Below are positions 1-14,327 of a stretch of 64,000 nucleotides of DNA, one piece after another. Both the position numbers and the translations under genes were made by a program. How positions within the stretch are numbered: the stretch's first letter is position 1; every line of letters starts with the position of its first letter. The notes beneath the pieces are model-generated. The model was not told the origin of the DNA and did not search any database. It saw only the letters and a program-made list of their open reading frames with translations. The stretch spans positions 39,680,001 through 39,744,000 of the forward strand of contig NC_090344.1 in assembly GCF_035084215.1 (NCBI RefSeq). The letters run 5' to 3'. Origin of the DNA: Heptranchias perlo (taxonomy: Eukaryota).

Positions 1-1699
1 TATGTGAACTTTCCTGATCAGAAAATATACCCGCAAATGTCTGGGAATTTGCCATCATCACAATAGGTTTCTGTATAGGTTTGGAGCGGTGTTTCCGTTG
101 TTGAGTACCAGGAGTCGAGCATACCTCTAGGCTGTCCAATATCCATTTTTTTTAAACAATTATCACGAGGGGCAATTTTTTTTTAATTAACAGGAGCCTG
201 TCACTTCTCACTCTGCAAAACCGCATTTTCCCAAAGCCTCAGATGTGTACCGCTCCAGCTCTTCTCCCCGGCTGGCTGTGTCATTCTCTGTCACAGGATT
301 ATTATACAAAATAAATGTGCTTCGACTTCAAGAACAATGAAAGCTTAACAGGAAATATTAACAGGCCTTGCTCTCAGTACAAAGGATTAGGAACACGGCT
401 CTCATATGATCTCAGTTGCACAGGCCACAGAGTTCCTAGCATTCCTTCTGATATTGTCCCCAGATTCTCTCTTTCTTGCCAATTCCCTTTGACAAAAAGA
501 TAACTTTGTTTCCTTCCCAAATTATTTTTTTAGCATTCGTCCCCTGAGAGAAACTGAGCTAAGACATCAGGAATGTAGCTCGCTAAAACAGAAATGCCAC
601 AATATTGAATCCTTTGCATTCAGCAGACAGATGTAGAAACTGCCCATGCAATGGATTTACTGCTGATAGAATATAAATCCTGCTTTAAAGTTCCCCTTCA
701 GTCTTCAAATTGCTACCCATGTGCATAAAACCGATCCACGTAAATGAGCAATGCCATGGGAGATCTGCATTTTATGTCATACTTTCTGCTGCCTGATAAA
801 ATGTTAGCCCCATTATAAAGCAGCAAATCCACTTACCTGCCGTGAGTAATGCCACAGGATATCCACTCGTGCTTTCAATCTCATTTTTAGTTCCTATAGG
901 TAGTGATCCCAGGCACCAGGTTGGCCATTTGGATATAAACCAGAGCATGGACTCAATAACTGCACACTCCACCTCATGTCCTAATGCTTTAATGGTGCTT
1001 GATGGTGAACACAATAGGTGTAGTGGATGGGAGGAAGAGGAAATGTTTTGGTGTGGGTCATATCACCTCCTCACTCCAAATCCTGAAATTGCCCATGACG
1101 CTCTCCTCTTTCTCTCTCTTTCCCCCCCACCCCCCAAACTCTTTTTACATGGTTGCATCTCTGGGTTGGTGTCACATCGCCTCCCCCACCCCACCCTACT
1201 GAATTTTTACCACAAATGGCACCTTAAATCCTTGCAATTTGGTGCAAACTCATCAGAAAGGGAATTTTCAGAAACTGATTTCAGTTCTGTCCTTTTGAGA
1301 TAAGGGCTGACCTTCCGATTTAAAATGTTCAGGGACACCACTTTCGGATGACCAAATGAAAATGCTTTTGTATTGCCCGTCTGTTTCTCTCCTGTCCCGG
1401 GAGAGTATCCTTGGTGTGTCACACTCAGGCTTTTTACTCGTACAGTCGGGTGCTGCTTTTGCAGGATCCCCGTGTGGAAGGTAGAGAGCCAGTTGTTTTA
1501 TCAGTGGAAATGGAAGAAGTTGGGGTGTGGGGGGTGTTGTTGAATTGACTCACCCATGTTTACTTCACTCAAAAACGTTCCCTCAATCTGACAGCATTTT
1601 CATGGTCCTGTCATACTGTTGGTTCTTGGAATCTGAGGGTCCTTATGCTTTGCTGTGCAAGCAACGAAAGGAGACCACTGCATCTGCAGTCGGTTGTGC

Positions 1700-1875
1700 A
1701 CCTAAGTCGTTGAGTATATTCAAGGCTGAGATGGATAGATTTTTGAACTCTAGGGGAATCAAGGGATATGGGGATCGGGCGGGAAAGTGGAGTTGAGGTT
1801 GAAGATCAGACATGATCTGATTGAATGGCGGAGCAGGCTTGAGGGGCCCCTGCTCCTACTTATTATGTTCTTATG
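1700..1875 (+). mobile_element. CR1 LINE 3' end
   Basis: ORF2 C-terminus SLSIFKAEMDRFLNSRGIKGYGDRAGKWS*, then the CR1 3'UTR and a ttatgttcttatg tail. Confidence 0.85.
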
Positions 1876-4261
1876 CAATATAGAAACACCTTAAGCCAAG
1901 TCCAATTTTTACACATGGAATTCTAGGATTTTTTGCCAATGTTTTGGGCTTTGCATTCCACAATTCTGTACATTTTTCTGTGAAAATGGAAAACCAATGG
2001 CCTTGACAATAAATGGCGCACAATTTTATCTAACAATTTATATAATTGTCAGTGGAACATGGAACTCCAGACAGTTGTAGTTTTGCTAGTTTAAAACTGC
2101 AAGCTGAATAATCTATGGACCTTTTCACTGGAAACTGCAGCAAGAGTTAAATGTAACAAACCTGATCACACGGCTCCTGGGAAACCTAAAGACGCACAAG
2201 CCAATAAGGGAGGCGTTGTTTGAGTTCCTGATGAGGTTCTGTCAATAAACAAGTGATGCAACAATCAGGATTCAGACCGAGCTGACTGATCAGAGCAGAT
2301 TAAGTGAAACTGCAGCATGAAAGTCTATAGAAAAAGCAGATCTCTCCTGTGACCGGGTCAGGCTATTGGTTTACTACTTCACAGTTAATAACTCTGGGCT
2401 TTCCTTTTTGGAGTGTAATTCTTCCGAGATTGGAAAGGCCATGCCTGCTGCTGCCCGTGCAAAAGTGGGCTTTGTTGTGTATTTGGGGTCGTTTGGCCAT
2501 TTACTGACAATACTACATAACAGCTGAAGTAAGGGAGCCTGGAACAAATTAAAACAGTAACATGGTCGTCAAAGCAGGGCGAGGCTATGTCATTTGTTTG
2601 CCATATATGATTGCCTGTTAGTTGACTCCCTCCCCCACACTTTCCAGTTCAATAAAAAAATGATGATCAAAATAGAAGATGCTTCATCAGTCAACACATT
2701 TCCCTAGGGATAATAGATACCCGGGAATTAGTTACAGGCAGGATTTTAATCCAAGGGTTCCGATGAGCTCAGAAAAGAATCATGCACTTTGCAAAGATCT
2801 AGTTATACTGCCACTTTTGCATTGCAGCAAAGTAACAGCATGATTCCGGAGCCTGGTCCCGATCTAATTCTGGAGCAGAGCTCTGTGTGTCTTTCTGGAG
2901 GCAGCTGTCTCCCTATCGCTTTGGCTTGACACCACATGGAGCAACTCCAGTGCAGTTTCAGAAAGTTCAGAAAGGTCTTTTGGATTTCTTGGACAATTTA
3001 TCAAGTTACACAGAACTTATTTAAATGTTTTGAGGGCGAGGGCACTCCTCCCTGCACCCTCAACACATATACAATTAATTGGAGTGAGCTCTGCTTGTGT
3101 GAGCAAGGCTCCCAAAGTCTCAATCATATCCAGACAATGTAAACAAGAGGAAATCAGCTCCGCTGAAACAATTGATACTGAAGATTGGTAATACAGTATA
3201 ACTCCACTCTAAATGCCATCTGATCTCCTTTTACTACATTAAAGGCACTATATAAATGCAAGTTGTTGTTGAACTCTTCAAATATACCGCAGTCTTAACA
3301 CAATTCCAGCTATTTGTGTTTTTCAATACCAATGGATCTCCTGTGGAATTGCTCACAGTGAATGAGATGATGCCCTGTCTTATCAGGACCAGAGCGTCAT
3401 GCTATGCAATGCAATGCACAGCATGTTATTCTGTTGCTGAGGTAGAACTCTGTTTAGCCTGGCCTGTCCCTTTCAGGTCACCAGGTCTAATTCCAATAAG
3501 CCTGTTCTGAACTTGAATATAGGGGAATTACTCTTAGGCCCATCCTGAGGTCAAGTAATGACGAATAACCAGCTTTCTTTCTCCTTTTGTATATTTTGTT
3601 TTAAAAAGACTGATTTTTTTGGTGTTTCGTACAAAGTATGACATTTTAGGTGTGACAAACTGAAGCCTTTTATATAGGATAGACTGCAAAAATTATCTCC
3701 TGTGCCACCTCTTTAATCTTGAACATCTCAAAGCTCCTTTTAAAGGGGAATTAGTCTGTTGCTTGAGAAAGAGGAATATTAAAGTGGTGGGAAGCAAGCA
3801 GGGATGTGAGATTAGATTGGCTCATGTGGAGAAAATCCAGTTGGCCTGTTACTGCACTGTAACATTCCACGATTCTATTTTACAGAATTGTGCTCCCAGC
3901 ATGGTACTTCACCCTCTGGGTGTATTAGGAATGCAAGAAGGGCGATCAGCAGGCCCCATGAAAGGAGCCCAAATACATGAAATCTACCCTATCTAGATAT
4001 TCCGTATCAATTTAAAGTGTGCCGGTTCATTATTTGCCAAGTGCCAGTGTGCTCGGCCTAGCCATTAAATGCCAGAGTGTATGCTGAGGGTCGATGCGTA
4101 TTGCCGAGCCTGAGTGCGTTTTGCTGAGGTTCGGGGCGTTTTGCCGAGGGTCGGAGTGAGCAATGCCTCTTCACCTGATCTGCTTTTTCTCTCCTGTTAA
4201 CAGTTATGTGAGGTCATGAACAATTGTGATCGTTACTGATAATTTATTAAGAATAAAATAT

Positions 4262-4430
4262 CGAGCAGCCGAGTCATACAGACCAGGAAGGATTTGGGTT
4301 TGATCCCTGGTCTGTGTTGAGTTAGCTGATTTCAATTAAGTTGGTGGCGTGGGAACTACAATTTCCCCACTGTTCATGTGCCAAGAAGGGGCAAATTGGC
4401 TTGGGTTCTGATCGCTGTCCACTGGAAGTA
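4262..4430 (+). mobile_element. SINE-like interspersed repeat fragment (family B)
   Basis: gagtcatacagaccaggaag...tgatccctggtctgtgttgagttagctgat. Related copies lie at about 37590-37890 (-), 38210-38560, 44110-44400, 52330-52635 (-) and 57260-57490. Confidence 0.6.
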
Positions 4431-6320
4431 AAGGACAATTTATAAATTCTCATACTGTATCAAAACAAAATTAGGTCTTTGAAAAGAAAAACAGGTGAAT
4501 AGTACAAAGTATTCCTACAGGGGGTTCTCGTCACCAAGATCTTCTGGCTGTTCACTGTACAGTGGGGTTGTAGTCAGGATGGACGGGAAAACATGGGAAT
4601 CGTGAGAGAAGGAAGAACTCCAAAGCTGCTGTTGCAACATTTTTTGACGCATCAAATTTCTTGTTCAATTTACTGGAATGGGAATAAATACAGAAAAAAG
4701 CAAAGATGAGCAAAGGAACAACATCTTCAAAACATTCCGAGTGAAACTCAATATACAAGGAGTCTTGCCAGCGTGATTAAAGCAGCCACCCTAGTGACAG
4801 TGTTCCACTTTACCTAAGCTCCCCAGGCTTTGCTGACTCAGTCAAAAATCACAGTTGAAGGACCGAGGTTGCCAAGATGACCTTAGTCTGGTCTGAGATT
4901 AACTAGGATGAGAAACAAGAGTCATAAAGGCCTTTTCTGTTCCCTCCACTGTGTGAATGCTGAACACATCAGATTGCCTGTAATCACATGAAAGAGGGTT
5001 TGGCTGTTTTTGAAAGCAACAAGGTCAACAAAGGTATTTTCTTGTTCTTTGAATCGGCAGGCAGTTAAACATGGATCTTAAGTTGCTGATGCTTAATGCA
5101 AGAGATTAGCTAAGGCTGGAAAAATATGTGCTAAAAACCCAGAGAGTGAGCATTTTCACATTGAATCTGTTTGAAGGCAAAAACAAATTTAACAATTTGT
5201 TTGTGGCGGAAGTTAATTTTTAAAATCTGCTCTGCCTGTATGATTAAAAGTCTTGCATCTAGAGTGCGTGTAAAATAAAATCTGTCACACTTTTCTGATT
5301 GGCTCAAACAACCATGTGATTAGCTCAGATGCAAGCAGGTAGGAAAAGCAACTAGCGCCAATCTTGTTTCTCACTGACTTTACTATATACCCCAACCAAT
5401 AACGCCTGTAACATACTAAACACATACAAATTAGAAGAAAAATAACAATAGAATTACCCATTGCATCTTAACACACACTCACCAACTTGTACCCCTAAAG
5501 GCAGCCTTGACTTTGGTTTCTGCTCCATTTCCAGAGTTCCTATTCTTCTCCTCGCCCATCCTTACCATGCTGTACATCTTCCTGTCTTCCACACACTTCT
5601 GTGGTTGAATATCTGAGGCAATCTGCAGCGAGGCATTATGGAATAAGTCTCGAGTGAGTGATATTCACTGATGGCTTGGTGTTCAATACATTGCAGCAAT
5701 TAAACCCGCTGCACTCCCTCTCATGTGCACCAAGCACTAGAATGCAGCCATTTGGTATCATGGCACTGTTCCTGTGTTTGCTTCAGATCCCAGATCCCAG
5801 ATCAGGCTCTGGACCTGCATGGTGTAACAAATTGGATAGCCCTGGAACCTGATCTTCAGTTGCTTCCAAGCCCTTATTCACAGAGATCCACATTACCCAC
5901 TCCACACCCTAGATAAGCTCTCATTTAAACGGATACAACAGAGTCCCCAATTGATAGGAACCATCTGAATACAATTAACACTTATTGATGTAAATCATAC
6001 GGATACAATTAACACATGGCTGCTGTTGGCCAGAATGAATCCAATATTTTTTGTTGTTTTTTTAAATGGATATGCAGATGTTTATTGTTGAAAGATGGAG
6101 CAGGAAGAATTAAACAGGAGCTGAGAACCACTGTTGAAAATAACAAAACAAAAATTAGTTGCGAACAAATTAAGAAGTGATAGGACGAAAATTGTTTTTT
6201 TAATTTATTAACAGGGTGTGGGCAAAACGAGGAAGTCTGCATTTATTGTTTGTTCCTAATTGCCCTGATAGCATTAAGAGTTAATCACATACTGGAGTCA
6301 CATGTAGGCCAGACCAGGTA

Positions 6321-6342
6321 ACACACACACACACACACACAC
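6321..6342. repeat. (AC)n microsatellite
   Basis: acacacacacacacacacacac, directly after a truncated SINE fragment (about 6195-6320). Confidence 0.95.
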
Positions 6343-7911
6343 GTATCATTTCTCATTCTAATTTGACTTTGAAAAATCAACTAAGTTGAATTTTGAAATC
6401 AACACAGCTTTCAATTATTATCTGATTATCACGTGTGTTTAGAAAGTTAGAAAATGTAAACTTTCTAATTAGATACACACTGAGATACACATCTGGGAAT
6501 CTAACACAAAACATCAAATTTAATGCTTGCAGCAATCGCTTTGAAAGTTACAAACCAGCACTGACAAACCTGGGACCTCCACATCCCCAGCTGGCCCATT
6601 GGTTTATACCCAAGGCATATCACCCTGTTGACTATTATATGATGGTGATGGTAGCATTGCAATAGTTGAACAATGCTTGCAGAGCTTCTCCAGTGCTCAG
6701 TGATTTACTACTCAGACATTGTCGGTCCCTTTATACAAAGAAGAATTGCCCAGAAATGCTAGCCCACAACTATAATATACCCTACAGCAATGCAGGCCAA
6801 CTAAAAGAAGTAGGAGCTCCTTGAGCCAACAGAAATGTTTTTTTAACAGGGGACATATGGTCATATAAGGGTTATCAGCAGTTCAAGGGTAGGAGCTTTT
6901 TCATGCACTATGTAATATGATTCCATTACACTGTCCTTGGCCCTTAAACTGAACCTTGAACTGGCCTGGACCAGAAATCACAGTGCTTGTCTTGAAATTA
7001 TAGTCCTCTTTTAAAGCACAAGTCCAAACTGATTGGTATCTCTGCGTACTTTAGGCTGAGGTGTAAGTGAGCCTGCCATTAGCCAGATTATCATTAGTAA
7101 ACGAGTAATAACTAACTGAAGAGATATATACCGGAAATCTGCAATAAAAACAGAAAATGCTAGAAATACATAACAGATAAATCAACATCTGAAAGAGGAA
7201 TTGGTTAGTATTTTGGGTAGGACCCTTCACCAGAAATGACACCATTAATGTGACGTAGCAGTGCTTGATGAAGAGACGCAACCAAACTGTGAACCTATTT
7301 TTCTCATTCAGATGCTGTCCAGCTTGTTGGGCGCTTGCAACACCTTTTCACGTTTTGTTACAGTAATAGCTTATTCCATTCATGGCATAACTGTGACCGT
7401 ATTCCAGAAGGGCACATGATATAGGCATGCACATATACACAAATGTAGAAAATGTCTGAAGCTGTCTCAAGGAAGATTTGAGTTAAGGAAAACAAGCTTC
7501 AGTGTGGGTGACAAAAGATTTAGCAACACAGTCTTGCATGAAATGTGTTCTCTCTGTGTTTACTATAGATTTTTTCCTTATTGGATTGACTTTAAAATAA
7601 ATCTTTAACACCTCTGTTAGGATAGCAAGCTAAGGAAATTCTCATTTTCTCCCAAGCCATCAATCACCACTTCTAAACTGTCCCTCCTGGCTTGGTGTTT
7701 CTATTCCGCAAAGTGCCTTGGACGTTTATAGAAATGTAAGTTGTTGAATGCATTAAGGGTTTGTATGCTGATCTTTGCACAGCATAATTGCTGCACACTT
7801 CTTACAAGTGATGTCCAAATGTGAAAATGCTCCTTTCATAATCTTTAGGGTGAACCTTTTTTGGTAAAAATATTTGGGGAAAGAATAACTTGGTTAGACT
7901 ATCAGCATCAG

Positions 7912-8145
7912 ACACACTCCTGGTGTCCTGGCCGAAATTTATGACTCAACGAACATTACAAAACAGATTATCTGGTAATTTATCTCATTGCTGTTTGTGG
8001 GACTTAACTGCGTGCAAATTGGCTCAGCATTTGCCTACATTACAACAGTGACCATATTTTAAAAGTAATTTATTGCCTGTGAGACACTTTGTGATGTCCT
8101 GAGGACATGGAAAGCTGCTATCTAAATGCAATTTCTTTCTTTCTT
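7912..8145 (+). mobile_element. Deu-domain-type SINE 3' half with L2-like tail (family A)
   Basis: tcctggtgtcctggcc...acagattatctggtaatttatctcattgctgtttgtggga...gtgcaaattggct...gatgtcctgagg...gctatctaaatgcaa. Resembles SacSINE1/AmnSINE-type sequence (from memory). Confidence 0.7.
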
Positions 8146-9587
8146 TGAAGGGTTTACCAAACATTTTGATGGGATCTTACTCATGTAATGACTGGAGAAA
8201 GTCATACACTCCCAAAGAGGGTTGACAAGTCTTGTTTCTTTTCTGTTCATACTGCTTCTGTCTCCTGTTTGTTCTCCTACTGCAAAGCCATCTGAAGCAC
8301 ATCCTTCATTAACATTTCTAGTTAGTGACTCAATGCCCAGTGGTGCAGGATATTGCATGAATGCTGAAGCAACACAAGCCAACTCCCAGCTGTCTTATAA
8401 ATTGTTTGTCAGTTTTGTATTCTCAGTATTACAGGGATGTGGTTATATTAAAGAGGCATTGACTTTTTGGGGGAAAAGAAGTCTGTCAAGCCTTTTATTT
8501 TGGGAGGGAGGAGATCCTTCTGTTCATTGTAATGATAGTAGGTGCCCATGAAGTGACAGTGTCCTTTGATGCTAATTAATTCATCTTGTTTGATGTCTGT
8601 AAACAAATGAGAAAGGGGTTGAAATGATGCTGTGTGATATTGGTATCAGGCATCGTGCTTCAAAATTCCTTTGTTCATTATGTACCAGACACAGGAATTT
8701 CAGACAAATGCGTTAATTACTTCACCGCTAATATCACACGGTGTGACGTCAACCCCTGAAAATTTGCAGGACACTTTTTTCCAGGAATGTAGTTTCCCTT
8801 TAAGTGATTGTTGAAAAACATTGGGTAATTGCTGCTTGCTCACATATTGCATATCCTCCGAGGTCATGGTGTAATCTAATTTGGTTCCAATGAAATACAT
8901 TCCACATTGCTGCACATGGGAAAAGCTGCTCCACCTATTTGTGTTTCAGAAGCAAATTGTTTTGCTAGCCCAGTCAATTGTGGGTCATGGGACTATTTTT
9001 CACATTCCCATATCACCTTGGTTTAAACAAATGTTATGATAGAGCCAGTTCTTCTGGAGTTCATAGTTTGATGCGGTAAGGACCATGCTTTTGCAGGAAT
9101 TTGAAATGCGTTGACCTTGCAATTTTGCTTTCCATTTGTTGCACGTCACAAAATATTTTCCAGTTAAGCAAAATGTTTAGAAAATTCAGATAGAAACAGA
9201 AAATGCTGGAAATGCACATCAGATTGACCCGAAGGAGAAAGGATGATTAACATATCGGGTGTAAATCCTTCCATCACTCCCAAAAAGTTACCCGGTCTTT
9301 GCTCTTTCAGATGCAGACCGACCTGTGTATTTCCAGCAATTCCTGCTTTTATTTCAGTCATCCAGTTATTGCAACATTTCTTTTAATTTCTATAAAGCAC
9401 AACGAGGGATGGATTCTCTGGTCACTCTGTGCAAGGACATTGCAACTGCATCTGTAAAGATCCCTTCTGGTCGGTATCTCCAGTGAAATTGTAAATGTGC
9501 ATTTTGTGAACACATTTGTCATGTCCCTACATATAGCAACCGGAGCAATTTGCCTCCTATTACTGGAATGAGTTGGGTAACTGGTAC

Positions 9588-10110
9588 TCAACAACAACAA
9601 CTTGCATTTATATTGCGCCTTTAACATAGTAAAATGTCCCAAGGCACTCCACAGGAGCGTTATCAAACAAAATTTGACACCGAGCCAGCTAAGAAGTTAT
9701 TAGGACAGGTGACGAAAAGCTTGGTCAAAGAGGTAGGTTTTAAGAAGCGTCTTAAAGAAGGTTTAGGGAGGGAATTCCAGAGCTTAGGGCCTAGGCAGAT
9801 GAAGGCACGGCCATCAATGGTTAAACGATTAAAATCGGGGCTGTGCAAGAGACCAGAATTGGAGGAGCGCAGAGATCTCGGAGGGTTGTAGGGCTGGAGG
9901 AGGTTACAGAGATAGGGAGGGGCGAGGCCACGAAGGGATTTGAAAACAAGGATGAGTATTTTAAAATCGAGGTGTTGCTGGACCGGGAGCCAGTGTAGGT
10001 CAGCGAGCACAGGGGTGATGGGTGAACGGGACTTGCTGCGAGTTAGGATACGGGCAGCAGAGTTTTGGATGAGCTCAAGCTTGTGGAGGGTGGAAGATGG
10101 GAGACCGGCA
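9588..10110 (-). mobile_element. L2 LINE 3' end
   Basis: ORF 9663..10010 reads LADLHWLPVQQHLDFKILILVFKSLRGLAPPYLCNLLQPY...LWNSLP, typical of the L2 ORF2 C-terminus. Tail gcgcaatataaatgcaagttgttgttg. Confidence 0.88.
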
Positions 10111-11025
10111 ACACACTGATTGAGTTGGAATGAAGTTAAAGTGTAATTGAAAGATCGACTCTTGATAGCAGTTTAATTGCCAGAGAGGATTTTGTTTATT
10201 TGGGATATTCAAGAGCAAGAACGTAAATTAGAAGTTAAATGTATCATTTTTAATTAATTACTTTACAGTAATTCTGATCCAATAAAACATTTATGGTTTT
10301 AAAAGTAATTTCTAACTCTCTATGGCCTTGAAAGTACACTGTGCATATAAAATTTTAACACACTCATACAAAATTATTTCAGCCACTATTTTTAAGGAGG
10401 CATTTACCCACTTATTTTAAACATGTTAATGCCTCTGTTAAAATAGATGAAGGGGTTTTATACGAATGTGTTTAGCCTCCTTAAACTAATATTTGAACAG
10501 TCTAATTTGAAGGCTTAAGTATTGAATTTATCTTTGTTTTTAAAATATACAATTGCTCTAATGCTGGATGTCTGCTTTCCGTAACTCGAGTGTTGTATCT
10601 GAAGAATATGCAGTTTTCTTCGTGACTGGTGAAGCCACAAAATGGTTCAGTCCAGTTTCCCAACCAATTGAAGGAAAGCAGAGCTACATAATCAGAAAAA
10701 ACACAGGGGGAACAGATGACTACACAGGACCGGAAAAGACCATCCCAGGCCATCAAAGCTAGAAAATATCACAGACCTCTCTTTGCCCCTCAGCAGCATT
10801 TCTAAATCCACAGGATTTGGGGGATAAAGTTATATTACATTCTGTACTTACCCCCTGGAACTTTATTGTTGTTGTTCTTGAGATGTGGGAAGCACTGACA
10901 AGGCAGTATTTATTGCCCATCCCTAGTTGCCGTGAGGATATTAAGAGTCAAACACGTAGTGTGGGACTGGAGTCACATGTTGGCCAAATCGGGTAGGGGT
11001 GATAGATGCCTCCGTGAAGGACGTT

Positions 11026-13052
11026 AAAGGAATGGTGGGGCCGATTAGGAACAAAGAAGGAAATCTACTTGTGGAGGCACAGGACACGACTGAGGTACTG
11101 AATGAGTACTTTGCATCTGTCTTCACAAAAGAAGATGATGAAGTTAATGTCACAGTAGATGAGGGGGGGAGTAGAGATATTGGATAGGATAAAAACAGAT
11201 AGAAAGGAGGTGCTAAATAGGTTGGCATCACTCAAAGTTAACAAGTCACCCGATCCACTTGGGATGCATCCTAGGTTGCTGAGGGAAGCAAGGGTAGAAA
11301 TAGCAAAAGCTCTGACCACAATCTTTCAATCCTCCTTGGATATGGGAGTGGTGCCAGAGGACTGGAGAACTGCAAATGTAACACCTATATTCAAAAAACG
11401 GGAGAGGGATAAACCTGGTAACTACAGGCCAGTCAGTCTCATGTCAGTGGGGTAAAACTTCTGAAGGTCATTGTCAAGGACAAAATTAATTCTCACTTGC
11501 AGAAGCATAGGTTAATAAGGGACAGCCAGCACCAATTTGTGAAAGGCAAATCATATCTGACTAACCTGATTGAGTTCTTTGATGAAGTACCAGAGAGGGT
11601 TGATGAAGGTAGTGCAGTAGCTGTTGTATATGTGGACTTTCAAAAGGCATTTGATAAAGAACCAAATAACAAACTTATTCCGAAAATGGGATTAAAGGAA
11701 CGGTGGTAACTTGGGTACGTAATTGGCAAGGGATAGGAAGCAAAGAACAGATGTTTTTCTGACTGGAGAGAAGTATGCAGTGGGGTCTCCCAGCGATCGG
11801 TATTAGGACCATTGTTTTTCTTGTTATATATAAATGACCTGAACTTGGGTATATGGAGTACAATTTTGAAGTTTGCGGATGATACAAAACTTGACAACAT
11901 AGTAAATAGTGAGGAGGATAGTCGGAGACTTCAGGAGGATATAGACAGACTGGTGAAATGGACTGGTGAAATGGCAGATGCAATTTAATGCGGGTAAGTG
12001 TGAAGTGATGCAATTTGGGATGAACAACATGGAGAGGCAGTTTAATCTAAATGGTACTATTTTGAGGGGATGCAAGAGCAATGGGACCTGGGGGTGCATA
12101 TTCACAAATCTTTGAAGGTGGCAGGGCAAGTTGATAAGGCGGTTAAGAAAGGGGGCATAGTCTAAGGATAAGGGGGTCAGCCATTTAAGACTGAGATGAG
12201 GAGGAATTTCTTCACACAGAGGGCTGTGGATACTAAGTCGTTGAATATGCTCAAGGCTGAGATAGTTAGATTTTCGGGGAATCAAGGGCTATGGGATCAG
12301 GCAGGAAAGTGGAGTTAAGGTCAAAGATCAGCCGTGATCTTATTGAATGGTGGAGCAGGCTCCAGGGGCCATATAGCCCACTCCTGCTCCTATTTCTTAT
12401 GTTCTTATGAAAGCGTATGGGATACTTGGCTTTGTAAATAGGGGCATTGAATACAAAAACAGGGAAGTCATGCTAAACCTTTACAAATCACTGGTTAGAC
12501 CTCAGGGGGAGTATTGTGTACAATTCTGGGCACCACTCTTCAAGAACGATGTCAAGGCCTTGGAGAGGGTATAGAGGAGGTTTACCAGGACGATACCAGG
12601 GATGAGGGTCTTCAGTTATGTGGTGAGATTGGAGAAGCTGGGATTGTTGTCCTTAGAGCAGAGAAGGTTAAGGGACGACCTAATAGAGGAATTGAAAATA
12701 ATGAGGGGTTCAAATAGAGCAAATAGGAAGAAACTGTTTCCTCTGGCAAGTGGGTCGGTAACCAGAGGTCATAGATTTAAAATAATTGGCAAGAGAACTA
12801 GAGGGGAAATTAGGAGAATTTTTTTTACACAGTGGGTTGTTAAGATCTGGAACGCACCACCTGAAAGGGTGGTGGAATCAGATTCCATAGGAACTTTCAA
12901 AGAGCAATTGGACATGTACTTGAAGAGGACCAACTTGCAGGGTTATGGGGAAAAAGCTGGGGTGTGGGACGAAATTGGACAGTTCTTTCAAAGAACCAGT
13001 ACAGGCATGATGGGGGGAATGGCCTCCTTCTGTGCTGTAAGATTCTATGATT
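11026..13052 (+). mobile_element. 5'-truncated, decayed CR1 LINE (RT region to 3'UTR)
   Basis: Frameshifted ORF2 pieces: LNEYFASVFTKED, KSPDPLGMHPRLLRE, VPEDWRTANVTPIFKK, YRPVSL, VDFQKAFDK, KFADDTKL (11869-11892), KLGLLSLEQRRLRDDL, WNAPP. Ends with an attctatgattc tail. Confidence 0.93.
12152..12408 (+). mobile_element. Second CR1 3' fragment nested inside the 11.0-13.05 kb CR1
   Basis: Interrupts ggttaagaaag|cgtatggg of the host, has its own cttatgttcttat tail, and is flanked by GAAAG at 12147-12151 and 12409-12413. Confidence 0.8.
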
Positions 13053-14327
13053 CCAATGAACTAGATGGGCTTTTGTGATGATCCAGCAGCTTTCATGCCA
13101 GCCCACAAATTACTGGATTTATTGAATTTATTTCCACAACTTGCCATAGTGGGATTTGAACTCATGACCTGTAGGTAGCTCATCCAGCACTATAACCATT
13201 AGGCTACCATACCCTGTTAATACATTATGGAATGGACTTTGTAATACAGTACAATTTACGAGATGTTATATCAATTCAGCGCATCATCTTTATTTCCTTT
13301 TTGCATACTTTACACCAACATTATTGCACTCAATGAACACACCACATAAAAATGAGCCAGCATAGTTGTACATATTTTTACAGTGGTTGAACATGGCTCA
13401 GGATCAGGGTAGCCATGGTGGGTGGATTATTGTGCTGTCAGTGTATTCTCCAATAGTACCATGTTAAGAAAATTTAGTATTGCACCAAAAAATAACCCAG
13501 AATACCATATTTCTCTTTGAAGAATGAACTGCCCATTACCATACCTCGACTGTTAATTATTATATGCTTGACTGTTTTCCTGTTTGGATTTCCAATGATT
13601 CTCTTCATATTTTTTAAAAAAGAGGTGAGACAAGAAAAACAAACATACATGATAAGAAACCACAGACTATGTTTTCCTATGAAAATTATTTTTTAATGTG
13701 CATTCTTTATAAGACAAAATCTCAGTGAATTCAAAGTGACTCAGTGTTGAGGTTTTACTGACATCCGTTGGCTCCTGGGAGTTTGATGTTGTCCTAACCC
13801 CTCCAACAATTTCCTCTCTTGAAACACTGCACCGTTTGTCTGTTATTTCATGTCTACTTATTTCATTCTGCTGCAATTATCATAAAAGTGATTGGCTACA
13901 GGCTTTTATTATTCACATACAAACACAATGTACAACGCCATGAATCACCTTCAAACACATCATTACATCAGTTCTCACTGAGGCTGTGAGAATTTCTCTG
14001 ATTGCTGTGTCACGACATGGTGCATGCGTTTTTAAAAGTTTCTTCCCTTCAATGCTCTTGGAGAAATTGTAAACATGTCCCGATGTCCCCTTAGATATCA
14101 CGAGAAATAACGAACAGAGGAAATTTCACAAATACATTCACAGTATCGTCACAGAGACCAGAGGAACTCTTATCCCGAGGTCACTGAGAAACATAACGTG
14201 CACTTTTTTGGCTTTACTCTCTTCCCAAAGGATGTGTAACACAGAGCAGTGTACAACTGTGGACTGTACTCTTATGAATATGGTTAATTTTTTTGGAAAA
14301 AATTATTCTCCTTCTTTCAAGATTGTA

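Noticed and set aside
1-330. Possible 5' end of a neighbouring minus-strand gene such as RNF122 (suggested by human synteny)
   Set aside because: I could not see any RNF122-like coding sequence in the window, so there is no direct support.
10568-10762. 64-aa ORF MSAFRNSSVV... as an exon or small gene
   Set aside because: No recognisable motif, no convincing splice sites and no partner exons.
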